Origin: Pseudovirgaria hyperparasitica
Lineage: Eukaryota
Assembly: GCA_010093815.1 (NCBI GenBank)
Contig: ML996574.1
DNA length: 64,000 nt
Strand: one strand, 5' to 3'
Shown: positions 26,173-38,772 of the stretch, piece by piece
How positions within the stretch are numbered: the first letter of the stretch is position 1
Layout: each line of letters begins with the position of its first letter
Made by a program: the position numbers and the translations under genes
The notes under the pieces: model-generated
Told to the model about the DNA's origin: nothing
Seen by the model: the letters and a program-made list of their open reading frames with translations, nothing else
The model's database searches: none

Positions 26173-26219
26173 TTGTGCCTAAGGCACAATATGGAAGATG
26201 CACAGTGGCAAGTCACGTG
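26173..26219. promoter_or_regulatory. TCTP/SUR2 divergent promoter: palindrome TTGTGCCT-A-AGGCACAA and Cbf1-type GTCACGTG
   Basis: Perfect 8-bp inverted repeat at 26173-26189; RTCACGTG at 26212-26219. Confidence 0.45.
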
Positions 26220-26587
26220 TACGTAGTCGAGCCATCATTTTGAGGAGGCATCCGGGCCCCATGAGATAGATTCAAGGTTATTAGCAATCTCACCAGCTGC
26301 TCTTCCAACACTCCTTCTTTCACCTCACTTTCGCTACCTCTTCACCGCTTCTTCTCACACACTCTCTTCATCCTTTTCAGGACTCTTAAGGCTTTCTTTC
26401 CCCTGTTCACTACTTCGCATTGAAACACTACTCCTTCCAGAACCGCAATCTCCTTACCACGGAGCCCAGTCTTCCTTAGCAAGCTATCGCGACCACTCGC
26501 CATCACCCCTGGACATACGTTCGTGATCTTTCAGTCTGAAACTTACGCTTTGCATCACATTGTTTTCGTTGAAGAGCGTCATAGGTC

Positions 26588-27957
26588 ATGGCCGCCAATT
26601 ATTCGAGCCCGTATGAGCTTCCGCCACTTCCCGAATACACATTGCGCCCTCAGCCTCCAGTAGTTTCTTGGATACCCGACAGTTATCTTACGCTCATACT
26701 GCCCATAATTGGATACTGGGTTGTATCACTATTCTTTCACTTCATCGACGTCTACGACCTCTTCCCACAATACCGTCTGCACACACCGGTCGAGCTTCTG
26801 AAGCGCAACCACGCGTCGAGATGGGACGTCCTCCGAGACGTCATTCTTCAACAAATCATACAAACTTTGTTTGGCCTCGTGCTTGCACAACTGGATGGAG
26901 AGTCTTTCTATGGTAAAGAGGAGTATGATGTCTCTGTGTGGGCACAACGGATCCGGATTGCTCAGCGCGTGATTCCAAGCGCCCTTGCGTTTGTCGGCAT
27001 CGATGCGATTGGACTCTCTATAAAAGTCGCCGCATCGCACAAGATCCTGGCCGGTGTCATTGCTGGCGGACAGTACCCTTGGCTCTCTCAGTTGGAGTCG
27101 GTCACTGGTCAATCCACAAGTGCACCTGCGTTTGCATCTTGGGAGCTCAGCGTTGCTCATGCGATCTATTATTATGTCGTTCCAGCGCTGCAGTTCCTCT
27201 TCGCCATATCATTTGTGGACACATGGCAATATTTCCTTCACCGTGCCATGCACATGAATAAATGGCTTTACAGTAAGTCGACACAGCTCCAGGACGTCTC
27301 ACGCTAACAGGCGAAGCTCAATTCCACGCCCGCCACCACCGTCTATACGTTCCTTATGCGTATGGGGCACTTTACAATCATCCCGTGGAAGGCTTTGCTC
27401 TTGACACGCTTGGTACCGGTCTCGCTTATCTTGCGTCAGGCCTCACCGTTCGCCAGTCCATGTGGCTTTTCACGTGCTCGACGATCAAGACCGTAGATGA
27501 TCACTGCGGATATGCCCTGCCGTTCGACCCACTACAACTCATCACGTCGAACAATGCGGCGTACCACGATATTCACCATCAAAGCTGGGGTATCAAGACC
27601 AATTTCTCACAGCCATTTTTTACGTACTGGGACCGTCTTCTCGGCACAATTTGGAAGGGAGATGTGTCGTTGAAGTACGAGCGGTCACGTGTTGCAGCTC
27701 AGCGCCACATGGACAAGGAACAAAGCGATAGGGCCAAGAGCCACGTCCCTGAGGCCATTTTGAAGCCCAGTATTTTTGAACAGGCCAAAGTGAACGACCT
27801 GCCGCTACCAGCGCCACAGCCCATCTCTACACGACGAAGCCCGCGCAAGAAGAACGGAAGTTTCTCCCAGCAGTCTATCAAGGGTCTGCGTGATCGTGTC
27901 AATCAGAACCTGCAAGGTAAAGGAGGCAACCTGGTCGGCGTCGAAAGCTCGCATTAA
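26588..27957 (+). CDS. SUR2: Sphinganine C4-hydroxylase
   Basis: His boxes HRAMH, HARHH, DDHCGY, HDIHH and NFSQPFF; intron 27273-27316. Confidence 0.93.
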
Positions 27958-28345
27958 GCTATGAAGCCCATCAGTTTGGAACAGTATATTAATCCAGTTA
28001 CCTTCTTGTACGATATCCCTTTTGAGTTCATTTCTCCTGTTTATGTTTGACGTGCTCTACGGCTGGGTATTCATTGGCGCTGCGGCTTCTTGGGTCCTGA
28101 CAGACACCCTATTAGTGGTGACAATTTTAATCGGTCAATGGTGGCTTGGTGCATTCAGTTCGGAAGCTTCACGGTCCAACAACGAATGGACGCAGCGGCA
28201 TCATCATAATGGAGACAAAGAAGTTTAGTTATTAAAATGAGCTGGCTAATTCTCATTGTTACTTTGACATGATTGCTGTCATGCCTGTGCTTGTGTCTTG
28301 TGTTATCTATTATATGTTAGGTCGACGCATGTACTGTGCACACAC

Positions 28346-30942
28346 TTAACCGTACCCCATCTCCACATCCTCGTCCTCCACCAACACACTCTCTTCTCCA
28401 ACTCTCCTCTCTCTTCCATCCCCTTCGACCCAGTCCAGATCGTACACCTTGTAATGCTTCAAGTCCTCGCCCACAACACACGCCACGCGTCGATGCTTGC
28501 GCCCATTCACCTCCAGCCGCAGCGGCACGAACCGATCCGTTGGCACAAACGTGTGTATGGTATATCGAGCAAAGACATCAGACTGTGATATGTCCAGAGC
28601 CGTACGGACGCCGTCCATTGACGGCGCCGAGCCGTGTGGCGCCACGTGGTCGGTTATCTTCCTAGACTCCAGCGCAGGTGTATGTGGAGGACTTTCTTCG
28701 AGGAACTTGGCGTAGGGTATAGAGACGAGAACAGACGTGTTATCAGAGCTTCTAAACAGCGCCATGACATACTCATCGTCGACAAATCTGACGTCTCGGA
28801 TCGCGCCGGGAGGAAGGATGACAGTGTGAGACCGCAAATCGGTCCAATCCGGTAGATGGTCGAAAGAGGCAGGGTGCAGTAGGCGGTGTAAGCGAATCTC
28901 ATGACGCGCCGAGGAAGGCACGGCGGCGACGTAAGTAGCCAGCGAGTCTGAGCGTTTGAATGAGGCGGGCGACTCCGTCATGCGCATGTCGCGTGCATCG
29001 CAGATTTCGTCGTCTTCGAGCACGAGGCCAAAGCTCATGCTAGTGTTTGAGGCCTGCCAGCGCGCGATCATGGCGAATGCGCTCTGGCACTGTGCATGGA
29101 GGCGTTGCAGGCTGAGCCAGGTATCTGCCCCGTCTGCGGATGACGACTCTGGAGCAAGTTTGGAAGGCTCGACGAATTTGCATATTTCATCGTATGTGGG
29201 GAGGCACTGGGGAAGGGACCAGGAATGGTCAATTTTGGGCTGGCGGCGGAGGAAACGATTGAGCTTGCTGGAGATCATGGGGCCGCGGATGAAGTCGAGG
29301 ACGAGAGTGTAGTCGACGCTGCTATCACGCTCGGGTGGGTCTTCGGTACTGGAAGATGAGGATGCTTGGACGTCGATTTCGTCGCGCAGCCAGCGGGAGA
29401 AGGAGGTGAACTGACGGCGCTCTTCTCTGGCCACAACTAGGACTACGTGGCCCAAGACACGCAATATCTTCAAGGTCTCGAGTATACTTGTAAAGTCGCT
29501 AGCAGGGACATTGAAGACGGAGCCAGAATCATTGTAGGCTGCCAGACCGCGAAGCAGTGACACGACGATGCCACAACGGTCAAGGGCTGGTATGAGATTT
29601 TCGTGTGTTAGTTCGATCACTTTGGCATAACCTTGCGTAGCCGAGTGGTCCCATCTCTTGTGTCCACTTTCCGTCAACTCGTCGACAAGCCATTCTTTGA
29701 TGAGTGGGGGGCAATGGCCAGTAACAGCGAGATGGAAGAGGTTTTGCATCAGATCACCCTCATCTTTCTCTGTTAGAGTCTCATTGATGTTACGCATGAA
29801 CTTCGAGGGTAGGTCTTGAGAATGATACCAAAAGTTACTGATCGATCGAAGACATTCCTGTATGTAACGTAGGAGATTCTCGAGCTGTTGCTGTTTTGAT
29901 CCAATCAAATGGACATGTAAGCCTGCAGATGCGATATAACGGAAAGTCAGAGGCACAACACAGAGCTTGAATTGGGAATCTGTGGCAGCCAAGTCCATGG
30001 TCAAACAGTGACTGCGACTGTATAGGTGGGTTGCATGGACTATGCGAGACTTCTGGTTGGTTTTCCAGCCTTCGGGTAGACGCACACCAGTGACGTCCAA
30101 GGAGTTGTACACTTTGGGGCTGATCTCACCATCAGCGTGACACAACAACAAAGCATGCACTGCGTTTGCATATTCGAGATGATGTGAGTGAAAAATGGCA
30201 TCGATTGAGTTCTGTGAGGTGAAGACCTCTGGCACAGGTTGTAGAGCCGGTCTTACAAAAGGTCCTAGAGTTGGGCCGGATAGTACGGAAAGCTTTGGGA
30301 GCAGTCGCTCCAAGTCAATCAGTGCAATCTGATCAGGTAGGTCCGGGGTTGGATCGAGAAGGCGGGAATCCAGGTGGCCTTGGATGACATCGTTCAGTGA
30401 TATGTTGGTATTGGGAGCATCCCAGTCATCGGTACAGAGGTCCTCTCCGATTAGGTCGGTGGAGTCTTGGGATACGCTATTGACTCTCGACTTTATAGAG
30501 TGGACATTGATGAAGTTTGACTCCCAAGCCAAGCATGAGATTCTGGTTGCGTCAGAAAGTACATCGGCGCCACGTCGAGCTTCAAGAGGCTGTGGAGCAA
30601 GTTTGCCAGTCTCAGTCGAGAGGACGTCAACAGTGCAATCACTCCAGGCAATAGCTATGCTTTTCCCTGCATGAGGCGTCAGTCGAGTAAGAGACAAGAA
30701 AGTTATTGCTGGATGTTACCGTTGAACTTCCAGCATATACTCTGCACAACCAGGCTGTCATGTTTACGCTTGCGGGTGAAAGCTCGCTGGCCATTCAGTC
30801 GGTAGACCTCCAAGACCTCTTCTTCAGTAACGATGGCGAGCATGTCCATGGTGGGACAGTAGGCGAACAGGTCAGGCCGGATTGAGACAGGCAAGGCCTT
30901 TTCGGCTTGCAGCATCAATGAAGCCGCAGCTGGAGAAGGCAT
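28346..30942 (-). CDS. APC4: Anaphase-promoting complex subunit 4
   Basis: YCPTMDMLA..VYRLNGQR N-terminus, LPSKFMRNINETL..HLAVTG..KEWLVDEL..GHKRW, and NGRKHRR C-terminal propeller; one intron ~30720-30668. Confidence 0.88.
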
Positions 30943-31889
30943 AGTAGACTGAGGTATGCATGACCAAATCCCTGAGGTGAAGCCGTTGCTATATCATAAT
31001 TATCGAGTATTCGGAATGTTTGGAAGTTCACGATGTTCACGTGTGTGAGGGAGCTTTACGCGAGTTAGTAGAACGATATGCCAAGACTGATGTCGGTACG
31101 AGAGATGCGCACTAAAAGGACATAATATACGCATATGAGCGTACTGGGGGCACCTGCCCCTCCTGGCAGCCTGGACTGCAGTCGCTGTAGTCACGGTTAG
31201 CGTAGTCTCAGTCACGGTCGAGGTCAGCCGGCCGTTCCTTCCTCAGCTCACAGACAGTGACAGCAAGTTATTGACAGTATTGATGTGTCGAGTGTATGGA
31301 ATGTCGAGATAGTCGATAGTCATAGTTCACAGTAAATCATGACTTGTACCTAATAGTAATGATGGCTATAACTGTTCTGTCTAGTATTTACCGATCTGTC
31401 TAGCTACGTACACGTCTACACCTTCCTCTTACCTCTCATTTAACGTGACCTCTCCCTCTTTTATCATTCACTCATCCCGCTCTTCTCACAAACCATTCAC
31501 TTCCCAGCCACACCACACACACGGGCATATACACATACACACATATATACACAACTACGCTTGGTACTGTGCGACAAGCACACTACACACTACACACCAC
31601 ACATCACGCCCTAATCCTCTCCATACCGTACACCGTGCCGGCGTCGTGCAAGGGGCTCGGCGGTCTCTGCAACTCTTGAGTTTCGAGTCTGGCCCTAGCC
31701 ACGAATGCCCAGTTCCCTTGGTACCGGCATAATCCTGTTCCTGTAATGTTAATTCTCTCCTGTTCCAATCTCTCCCTCCCCGTTGAAACGTTGCAACCTC
31801 ATCCGCTGACGAAACGTGCCGCGCCGCAGCGACAGCCGATTTGATACTCCCGGCGTGCTCACATAATAATAATAGTACAATAACAGGTC

Positions 31890-34322
31890 ATGGAGGTAAG
31901 ATGCTCTTCTCTTCACTTCTTATTCGCGCCTCGTCCTACTACTAATTACTACTGCTGCTGCTGTTGACGCCGCCGCTGCTGTTCGTGCTCCCAAGCCCCC
32001 AATCCACTGCTGCTCCTTGCCCTTCATCAGTCCTGTCACTTGTGGGACGCGCTGATGTTGATGCCCCGGCGATCCCAGTAAAAACCACTCCCAGCGCCCA
32101 CCAACCCTTGGGCTCTCACAGTCCTTGGAAGCGGATGCCCCGTCCGATATCGTCCTTTAGGTTGTTCTTCTCTCTGGCTTTTTCGCGCTCCACTGGGCAC
32201 GCACTGGGCACTGGGCACCTACAGGTTTGGCGCTGGGCGCTGGGCGCCGGGGCATTGCTGCTGCACACATACACGCACACATATACACACACCCATACAC
32301 ACTCTGCCCTGCTCTCGCGCACGCCTGTCTTTCCTTTTTCTTTCTACCAGAACGAACATCCTTCTTTGTACGAGTCCTCGTCTTCCTCCTCATCTTCTTC
32401 CATCTTCGCCCGTAATCCTGGTCTGCTCTCTCGGCTATAGCCTGCGTCATCTCTGTTCTTCCTTGGCGCATTCGCATTCCAGCTGGCTGTGTCCGCAAGA
32501 ATGCTGGTCTCCTTATCATAACAATATTTGTACAACCACTTCCGGCCTCTCATTCCTGTAAAACATATCTCCCCTCTCACCTCATCTCACTTGACTTTCT
32601 CTGCTACACAACCCGCTGTTCTTGGGGTTTTTTTTCTGGCACCACCGTTAACCTGGTGTTCCCTGTGATTTTCTGCTACTGCTGTAGGTCTCGGGTCGTT
32701 GCCATAAAGCGCTGCCGTCAACAACCACAACAACCACCACCACCACCACAACCACACCCCTTCACAACTCCCTTCCCTGATCTTTAATTATCAAACGACC
32801 TCATCATGACCTTTCAGCAACGCAATTTTCACCTCATCTTCATCTCAGTTGTCACTGCTGTTTTCACTAGAGCCTAGTCCTTACCATTCGCCCTTCATCC
32901 ATCCACCACGAAACTGGCACACCATGGCATATCATTCTGCAACCCACAGCATACCGTCGTCACAGCAGCAGCATGAGCGTCGCGATGATCAAGACGAATT
33001 GTTTGCAGACGTTTCTCGTCTGCAGAATCCAGCAAAGCTGACGTTGATGCGATATCTTCAGGATCTTCCGGATGCCGACGTACCTCAAAGTCCCGAACAA
33101 CCGCGATACCACACCGGCAAGCTTCCAAACAGCAAGGCTGGAGATGGCAAGCCTCGCCTCATGCTGATGGGCCAACGAAGGTGAGCCTGCAAGCATGATC
33201 TCCAGGGCACCGCTTATCAGCCGCGCATACCTGCTAACGCGAGTCATTTGCAGGAGTGGCAAGTCTTCCATCTCCAGTGTTGTCTTTCACAAGCTACCCC
33301 CAAGCGAAACCCTGTATCTTGAGACAACCACGAGAATCAAGAAGCAGTCAATGCAGTGAGTTACCATTTCTACACCGCCCCAAGAGCATTCCTTCACCGC
33401 CACTTCGCATGCGCCCAGCCTGGCAGGAACGCCGCTGACATGCACAAGCTCATTCATGGACTTTCAAGTGTGGGACTTTCCGGGACACCTCGATTACTTC
33501 GACCCTCAATTTGACGTCGACAACATCTTCTCCGAGATCGGCGCGCTAATATGGGTGATTGATGCCCAGGATGAATACCTAGAGGCCATCGGCAAACTGA
33601 ACGAGACCATCTTGAACTTACAGAACACATTTCCTGATATTAATATAGAGGTATTTGTTCATAAAGTCGACGGTCTATCGGAAGACTACAAAAGCGACAC
33701 ATTCCAGGACATAATCCAACGCGTGCAAGATGAGCTTTCCGACCAAGGGTACGAGAATGCACCGGTCAGCTTCTACCAGACGAGCATCTACGACCATTCA
33801 ATATTCGAAGCCTTCAGCAAGGTCATACAGAAGTTGATACCTCAGTTGCCGACTCTGGAGAGTCTTCTGAATAGTCTATGCAGCAACTGTCGCATAGAAA
33901 AGGCATATCTGTTCGACGTTCTCAGCAAAATCTACATTGCCACAGACACAAGTCCAACGGATATCGGAAGCTACGAGATATGTTCAGATTATATCGATGT
34001 CGTGGTGGACGTAGCAGAGATCTACGGATGGCCAGATAGACCGGCGCAAGACGAAGAGGCGGAAGGGCAACAGCAAGAGGCTGGCAATAACAACGCAGAA
34101 AGCCTGATCACAATGGAGCGGAAAGGAAATAACTATCTCTACATGAGAGAAATCAATCAGTGAGTGCGACGCTTGATATGGATCGCCAGTCAGCTGATAC
34201 CTTATAGATACCTCGCCCTGATATGCTTGATGGGAGACGACAGTCCTGCAGACAAGAAGGCCTTGATTGACTACAATGTCGGTGTGTTTGAGGAAGCAAT
34301 GGCGCAGGTCTTTCCAAGGTAA
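31890..34322 (+). CDS. GTR2: Rag C/D-type small GTPase (TORC1 amino-acid sensing)
   Basis: [46 protein letters not shown]; stop at 34320-34322. Start is either the ATG-GAG micro-exon at 31890 (intron 31896-33061) or the in-frame ATG at 32924. Confidence 0.92.
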
Positions 34323-34829
34323 AGGAAGGGAATTCGAAGCAGACGAGGGTGTCGATGGATAGAAGTGTAGAAACTGTACGATCTGTAGATGCCTGCTGCA
34401 CCAATCGGAGCAATCCATTCATGTCAAGTAAACAACCTAGTCCTGACGTGATGTTCTCTCCAACAGACGATCAGGCTGACCATTTCCAGGCCATTTATTC
34501 GCCTATATTTCCATGGCAGCCATCACGCCTCCCGAGGTCCCTTGTCTTTCATCCCCGCGCTAATCCCGCCGAACTACTCCTCCACCGCCGTCATTTCAAT
34601 AAGCTTACCCACACACATCTGGCCTCTTTCGACATCTTAATATAAATGCTCTTTTCTTTCTTTCTAATTTCATGAGAACGCACATAGACAATTGGAGTAC
34701 CACACACACCAGGAAAACTCATACCTCTGCCCGAGCACGCCAGCTGTAACGTTCTCACCGACATCTACCTTACCTCTACGGAAGCTTCCTCGTCCTTCAT
34801 AACACCGGTCGCGTCCAACGCCAAACAGG

Positions 34830-35664
34830 ATGCCTGCGAAGAAACCCAGCACACCCAAAACGCCTACAAGCACAAAACCTGATGACTCCATCGGTGGCTT
34901 CGGCGTGCTCGACCTCCTCCGCGTTCTCGGTGGGCTAGCCATCGCCTCCGCAGGCGTCAGCTACATGGTCACCGGCGGCAGCTACACATGGAACTACTCC
35001 GTCCGCACCGCCCTCTCCCAACTCAAAGGAGCAGCCGTACGCTCTCTCTCTCTCCTATTTTACTCAGCCTCACCACCACTATCCCTCTCAGCACAACTAA
35101 CCCCCAACTCCCCAGACCGGCCCCATCTCCCTCACCGACGCCGAACTCGCCGCCTACGACGGCACAGACCCCAACAAACCCGTCTACGTCGCCCTCAACG
35201 GCTCCATCTACGACGTCACCGACGGCCGCGGCGTCTACGGACCCGGCGGCTCCTACCACACCCTCGCCGGCCGCGACGCCACCCGCGCCTTCATCACCGG
35301 CTGCTTCGACACAGACCTGCACCCGGACGTGCGCGGGGCAGAGCTCCTGTACGTGCCCGTTACTCCTGCCGAGGCCGCGGCTGATGGCCGTACCGTCGAG
35401 GATAAGTACTGGGCTGCGCTCGAGGGGGCGCGCGAGCTGAGTAGTGGGGAGCAGAAGATTCGGCGGCAGGCGGAGCTGCGCAGTGCGCGCAAGAGTGTGG
35501 ATGCCGTGGTGGAGAATTGGGCCGTCATGTTTAGTGGGGGTAGGGGGAAGAATTATTTCAAGGTTGGCGAGGTGAAGCGGGAGGAGGGGTGGATGGAGAA
35601 GCGGGAGAGGCCGGTGTTGTGTAAGGATGCGCAGATCAGGAGGCCGATTCGCATGGGCTTGTAG
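34830..35664 (+). CDS. Cytochrome b5-like heme/steroid-binding (MAPR family) membrane protein
   Basis: N-terminal TM; intron 35037-35115; ELAAYDGTDPNKPVYVALNGSIYDVT..YGPGGSY..AGRDATRAFITGCF. Confidence 0.88.
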
Positions 35665-35928
35665 GTGGATGGACCATGGGGGAAGCGTGTATATAGCATC
35701 AAGTGTGTGGGAGAAGTCCGTATTCGGTTTCCGATATATGCTCGCAGTATATACGCTCTGTTTCATAGACGTGTATTAACAGTATACTTTTAGATCTCGG
35801 ACCATATGAGACCAATACCAAAACCTCAACGCACACTCGCATGGCAATGGCAATGTAAGTTTGTCGCTGCAGTGACTAATCCTACGCACCATGTATCCAA
35901 TCGATTCACTGCATACAACAGTAGCAAT

Positions 35929-35975
35929 TACACTTCACACTTCACACTTGACACTTGACACTTCACACTTCACAC
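35929..35975. repeat. 7-bp tandem repeat (ACACTTC/G) x~6
   Basis: cacttcacacttcacacttgacacttgacacttcacacttcacac, between the convergent cyt-b5 and RPS25 genes. Confidence 0.8.
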
Positions 35976-36238
35976 ACAGCACAGCATTTCAGGCAAACGC
36001 ACGTCATTCTGAACGCGTCATGTACATACAGAGCCGCACGCGGACGCTACTCGCAATATCAATCATGCAAGCACGCCGACCCAACTCGAGCCGACAGACA
36101 TCCTCAGCCCTAACGAGCCATTATAACGGAGTCTGCCCACAAACGCATGCGCCATGTCATCGGATGACCCCATTCGTCGTCCGCCCAGCCAGAAAGCTTT
36201 CTTTTCATTGCCCGGTCCCAATGCGTGAATGAATGAAT

Positions 36239-36838
36239 TTACTCAGTTGCGCCGACGGCACGAGCTATATCTTTGTTAGCACGATGGTCGGGTATGGTTG
36301 ATATATACACTTTGTAGGAGCGATATGAGGGACACATACTGTAGACGCTCAACTTGCTGTGCCCAACAACCTTCTTGATCAAGCCCTGCTCCTCCAGATC
36401 GGTCAGCGCCTTGCGCGCCAGCGAGCCGTTAATCTTGAGGCGGTCGACGAGCGTCGCAACGGTGATGAGGCGGTATGATTGAACATCCTTCTGGAGCTTC
36501 TCCTGGGTTTGCTTGTCGAGCACTACGGCGTGTTGGGCCTTGTCCTTGACTAAATATCACTTGTATTAGCTCGTGTGCTTTTTGCAGTGCTGAGACTCGT
36601 CCTTGTTATCGGAATAGAGAGTTTTGAAGGGAATTATTTTCTTGTAATATAGAGGCTGCGATTCGTGTGTATGGAGAAGTGGGTGAATTTGAGCCATGGG
36701 AGTACACAAGCGGGCGAGGACATACCCTTTCCCTTTGACCACTTCTTCTTTTGCTTCTTGCCTCCGGTTGCTGCGGGCGCCTGTCGGCGTTGTCAGTATC
36801 TATTGTCGGAAGGGTTTGTAGGTGTCTAGGCATACCAT
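36239..36838 (-). CDS. RPS25: 40S ribosomal protein S25
   Basis: M|APAATGGKKQKKKWSKGK|VKDKAQHAVVLDK..LVDRLKINGSLARKAL; ATG-only first coding exon; three introns. Confidence 0.96.
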
Positions 36839-37474
36839 TTTGATAGATGTGTGTTGAGAGGTCGACTGGAGGAGATGTTCTTCGTGCGGCCGGCTATCTC
36901 AATGTGGAGGTTCGAAATTCTGGTGGGGTTAGGTAAGCGCGCTTAGAATCTGTGCGCACGTGATCATCAAGGCTTGGCGCTCACCATACATACGTACCCG
37001 GGGATCTTAACAGCCTGGAGGTAGTGCTTGCTTCTATCATGTGCCGCTGTAGTGTACTAAGAGCTTATATAATTACAAGATATGGAGTACCGTCGACAAG
37101 TTCATAGCGAAACGACGATCATTCATATAGTCTATGAGAATGTCACAGCTACGACGTTAATATCACTAGGCAATTTCACCCCGAGCACCTTAGGTCAATT
37201 CAATATCGCTGATCAAGCAAAACCTTGCATTCGAGCTTTCAAGCTTAGTTCGGCGATCTCACATTTCTCTATTCGTCGAATGTCCCAATCCGAAGTCAAT
37301 GCTGCTCAGTGCAATGAAACTGTGTGTGGTGGCCCCCCCCTCCGTCTATTGGGCAGGATATGTATTGCAATACGCTACAACGTGCATAGTGGTAGATTTC
37401 CAGGAGCAACATTCGCACACACACGCCAGCCAGATCCGTTCGCTGTAGATGGAAGTCTGCTCATTGAAGATTCT

Positions 37475-38772
37475 TCACGATGAGCCTCCGCAGCCAATAC
37501 CGATTCGGTCCTCATACGCATCCCATGCCTCGCGGCGGTATCTCTCTGCTTCATGCGATCGATCTGCAGCCTTGAGGATACCCCGACCGACAATGACAAT
37601 GTCACATCCTTGCTCGTAAACAATCTTCCGTGGTGAATTGTACTGCTGCCCCTGCTGATCACCCAACTTCTGGTTCGTATCCATGGCATCTTCAGCAGGA
37701 AGTTGTACACCAGGTGTCATGGTGAGGAAGTTGTCGCCAGGCTCCACGTTCAGTGAACGCTGTGCTATGAAGCCAATGACGAAGTCGCGATGCTCTCGGG
37801 CGAGGGAGGCACATTGGGATGTATACGAGCCAGTGAGCAGATGACCCTCGGAGCTCATTTCCGCAAGTAAGAGCAGACCACGCTCAAATGGAGCGTCACC
37901 TACACGTATAAGCGGGTCCGAGAATAGATTCGAGTCTTCATTCTCCTCCGGAGTGGGAAAGGGGCTGATACTCTCAGTGCGGGTGGAGATGGTGGTGGAA
38001 ATGGACACAACACTGGCTTTGCGGCCCGTGGCAGCTCGGTTGTAGGATGAGAAGATAGGAGAGTACACAAAGTCGGCAGACGAGTCCGGATTCAGGTGTA
38101 ACGAGGACGATTTGCCGTTTTCGTCAGACATATGGCTGTCCGTATCAGGCGGCATTGTCGTACTTGTCGGACTAACCTCTTCAATGTCGTCGCCATCGTC
38201 GATATGCCAATCGTCGGGGGGAGGGTCGGCGCTAATTTCTGTCTGTACCACACCAGCCTTGTGTGCATTGATTGCTTGGGACGCACCGAGCTTGAGGGAG
38301 GTAATAATATTCGGTCCAGGGAGGATGTGTGCGTTTGTGATCTCAGACCATCGGGCTATTCGGAACGGACCGCCGGTGTACTGCTTGCGAACGGTCTCTA
38401 GATAACGGTGTGTCAGTTACGGCGTGAAGTAACACAAGAGACGTAAGGCATACCGCCGATGTCAGCAAACTTGCGATCTTCGAAGATGAGGAATCGCTTC
38501 CGGCGAGCAATAGCACGTAAGCCGCGGACAGTCCTTTCACCCCAGTCGCCGACTATATCACAGTGCGTCTTAAGCATACATATAGAGTCTCCAACGTCTT
38601 CGGCGAGCTGTAGCAGCTCGGCAGTGGTGGTGACGTCTGCAGAGACGCACAGGTTTGTGCGCTTGATACTGATGAGGCGTAAGAGGTAGGATGTGAGGGC
38701 GGAGGTCTGGGGCAACGAGGCGCGCTCTCTGTAACTCTGCGTCCAGGTGGTATGCCTCACTGGCGAGTCCAT
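37475..38772 (-). CDS. pyrG: Orotidine-5'-phosphate decarboxylase with long internal insertion
   Basis: TNLCVSADV, LKTHCDI, FEDRKFADIG, RGLLLLAEMSSEG, TPGV, GQQY, VGRGI; intron 38453-38398. Confidence 0.95.

Noticed and set aside
36550..36725. Intronic snoRNA in the long RPS25 intron
   Set aside because: No RTGATGA/CTGA pair or H/ACA layout visible.
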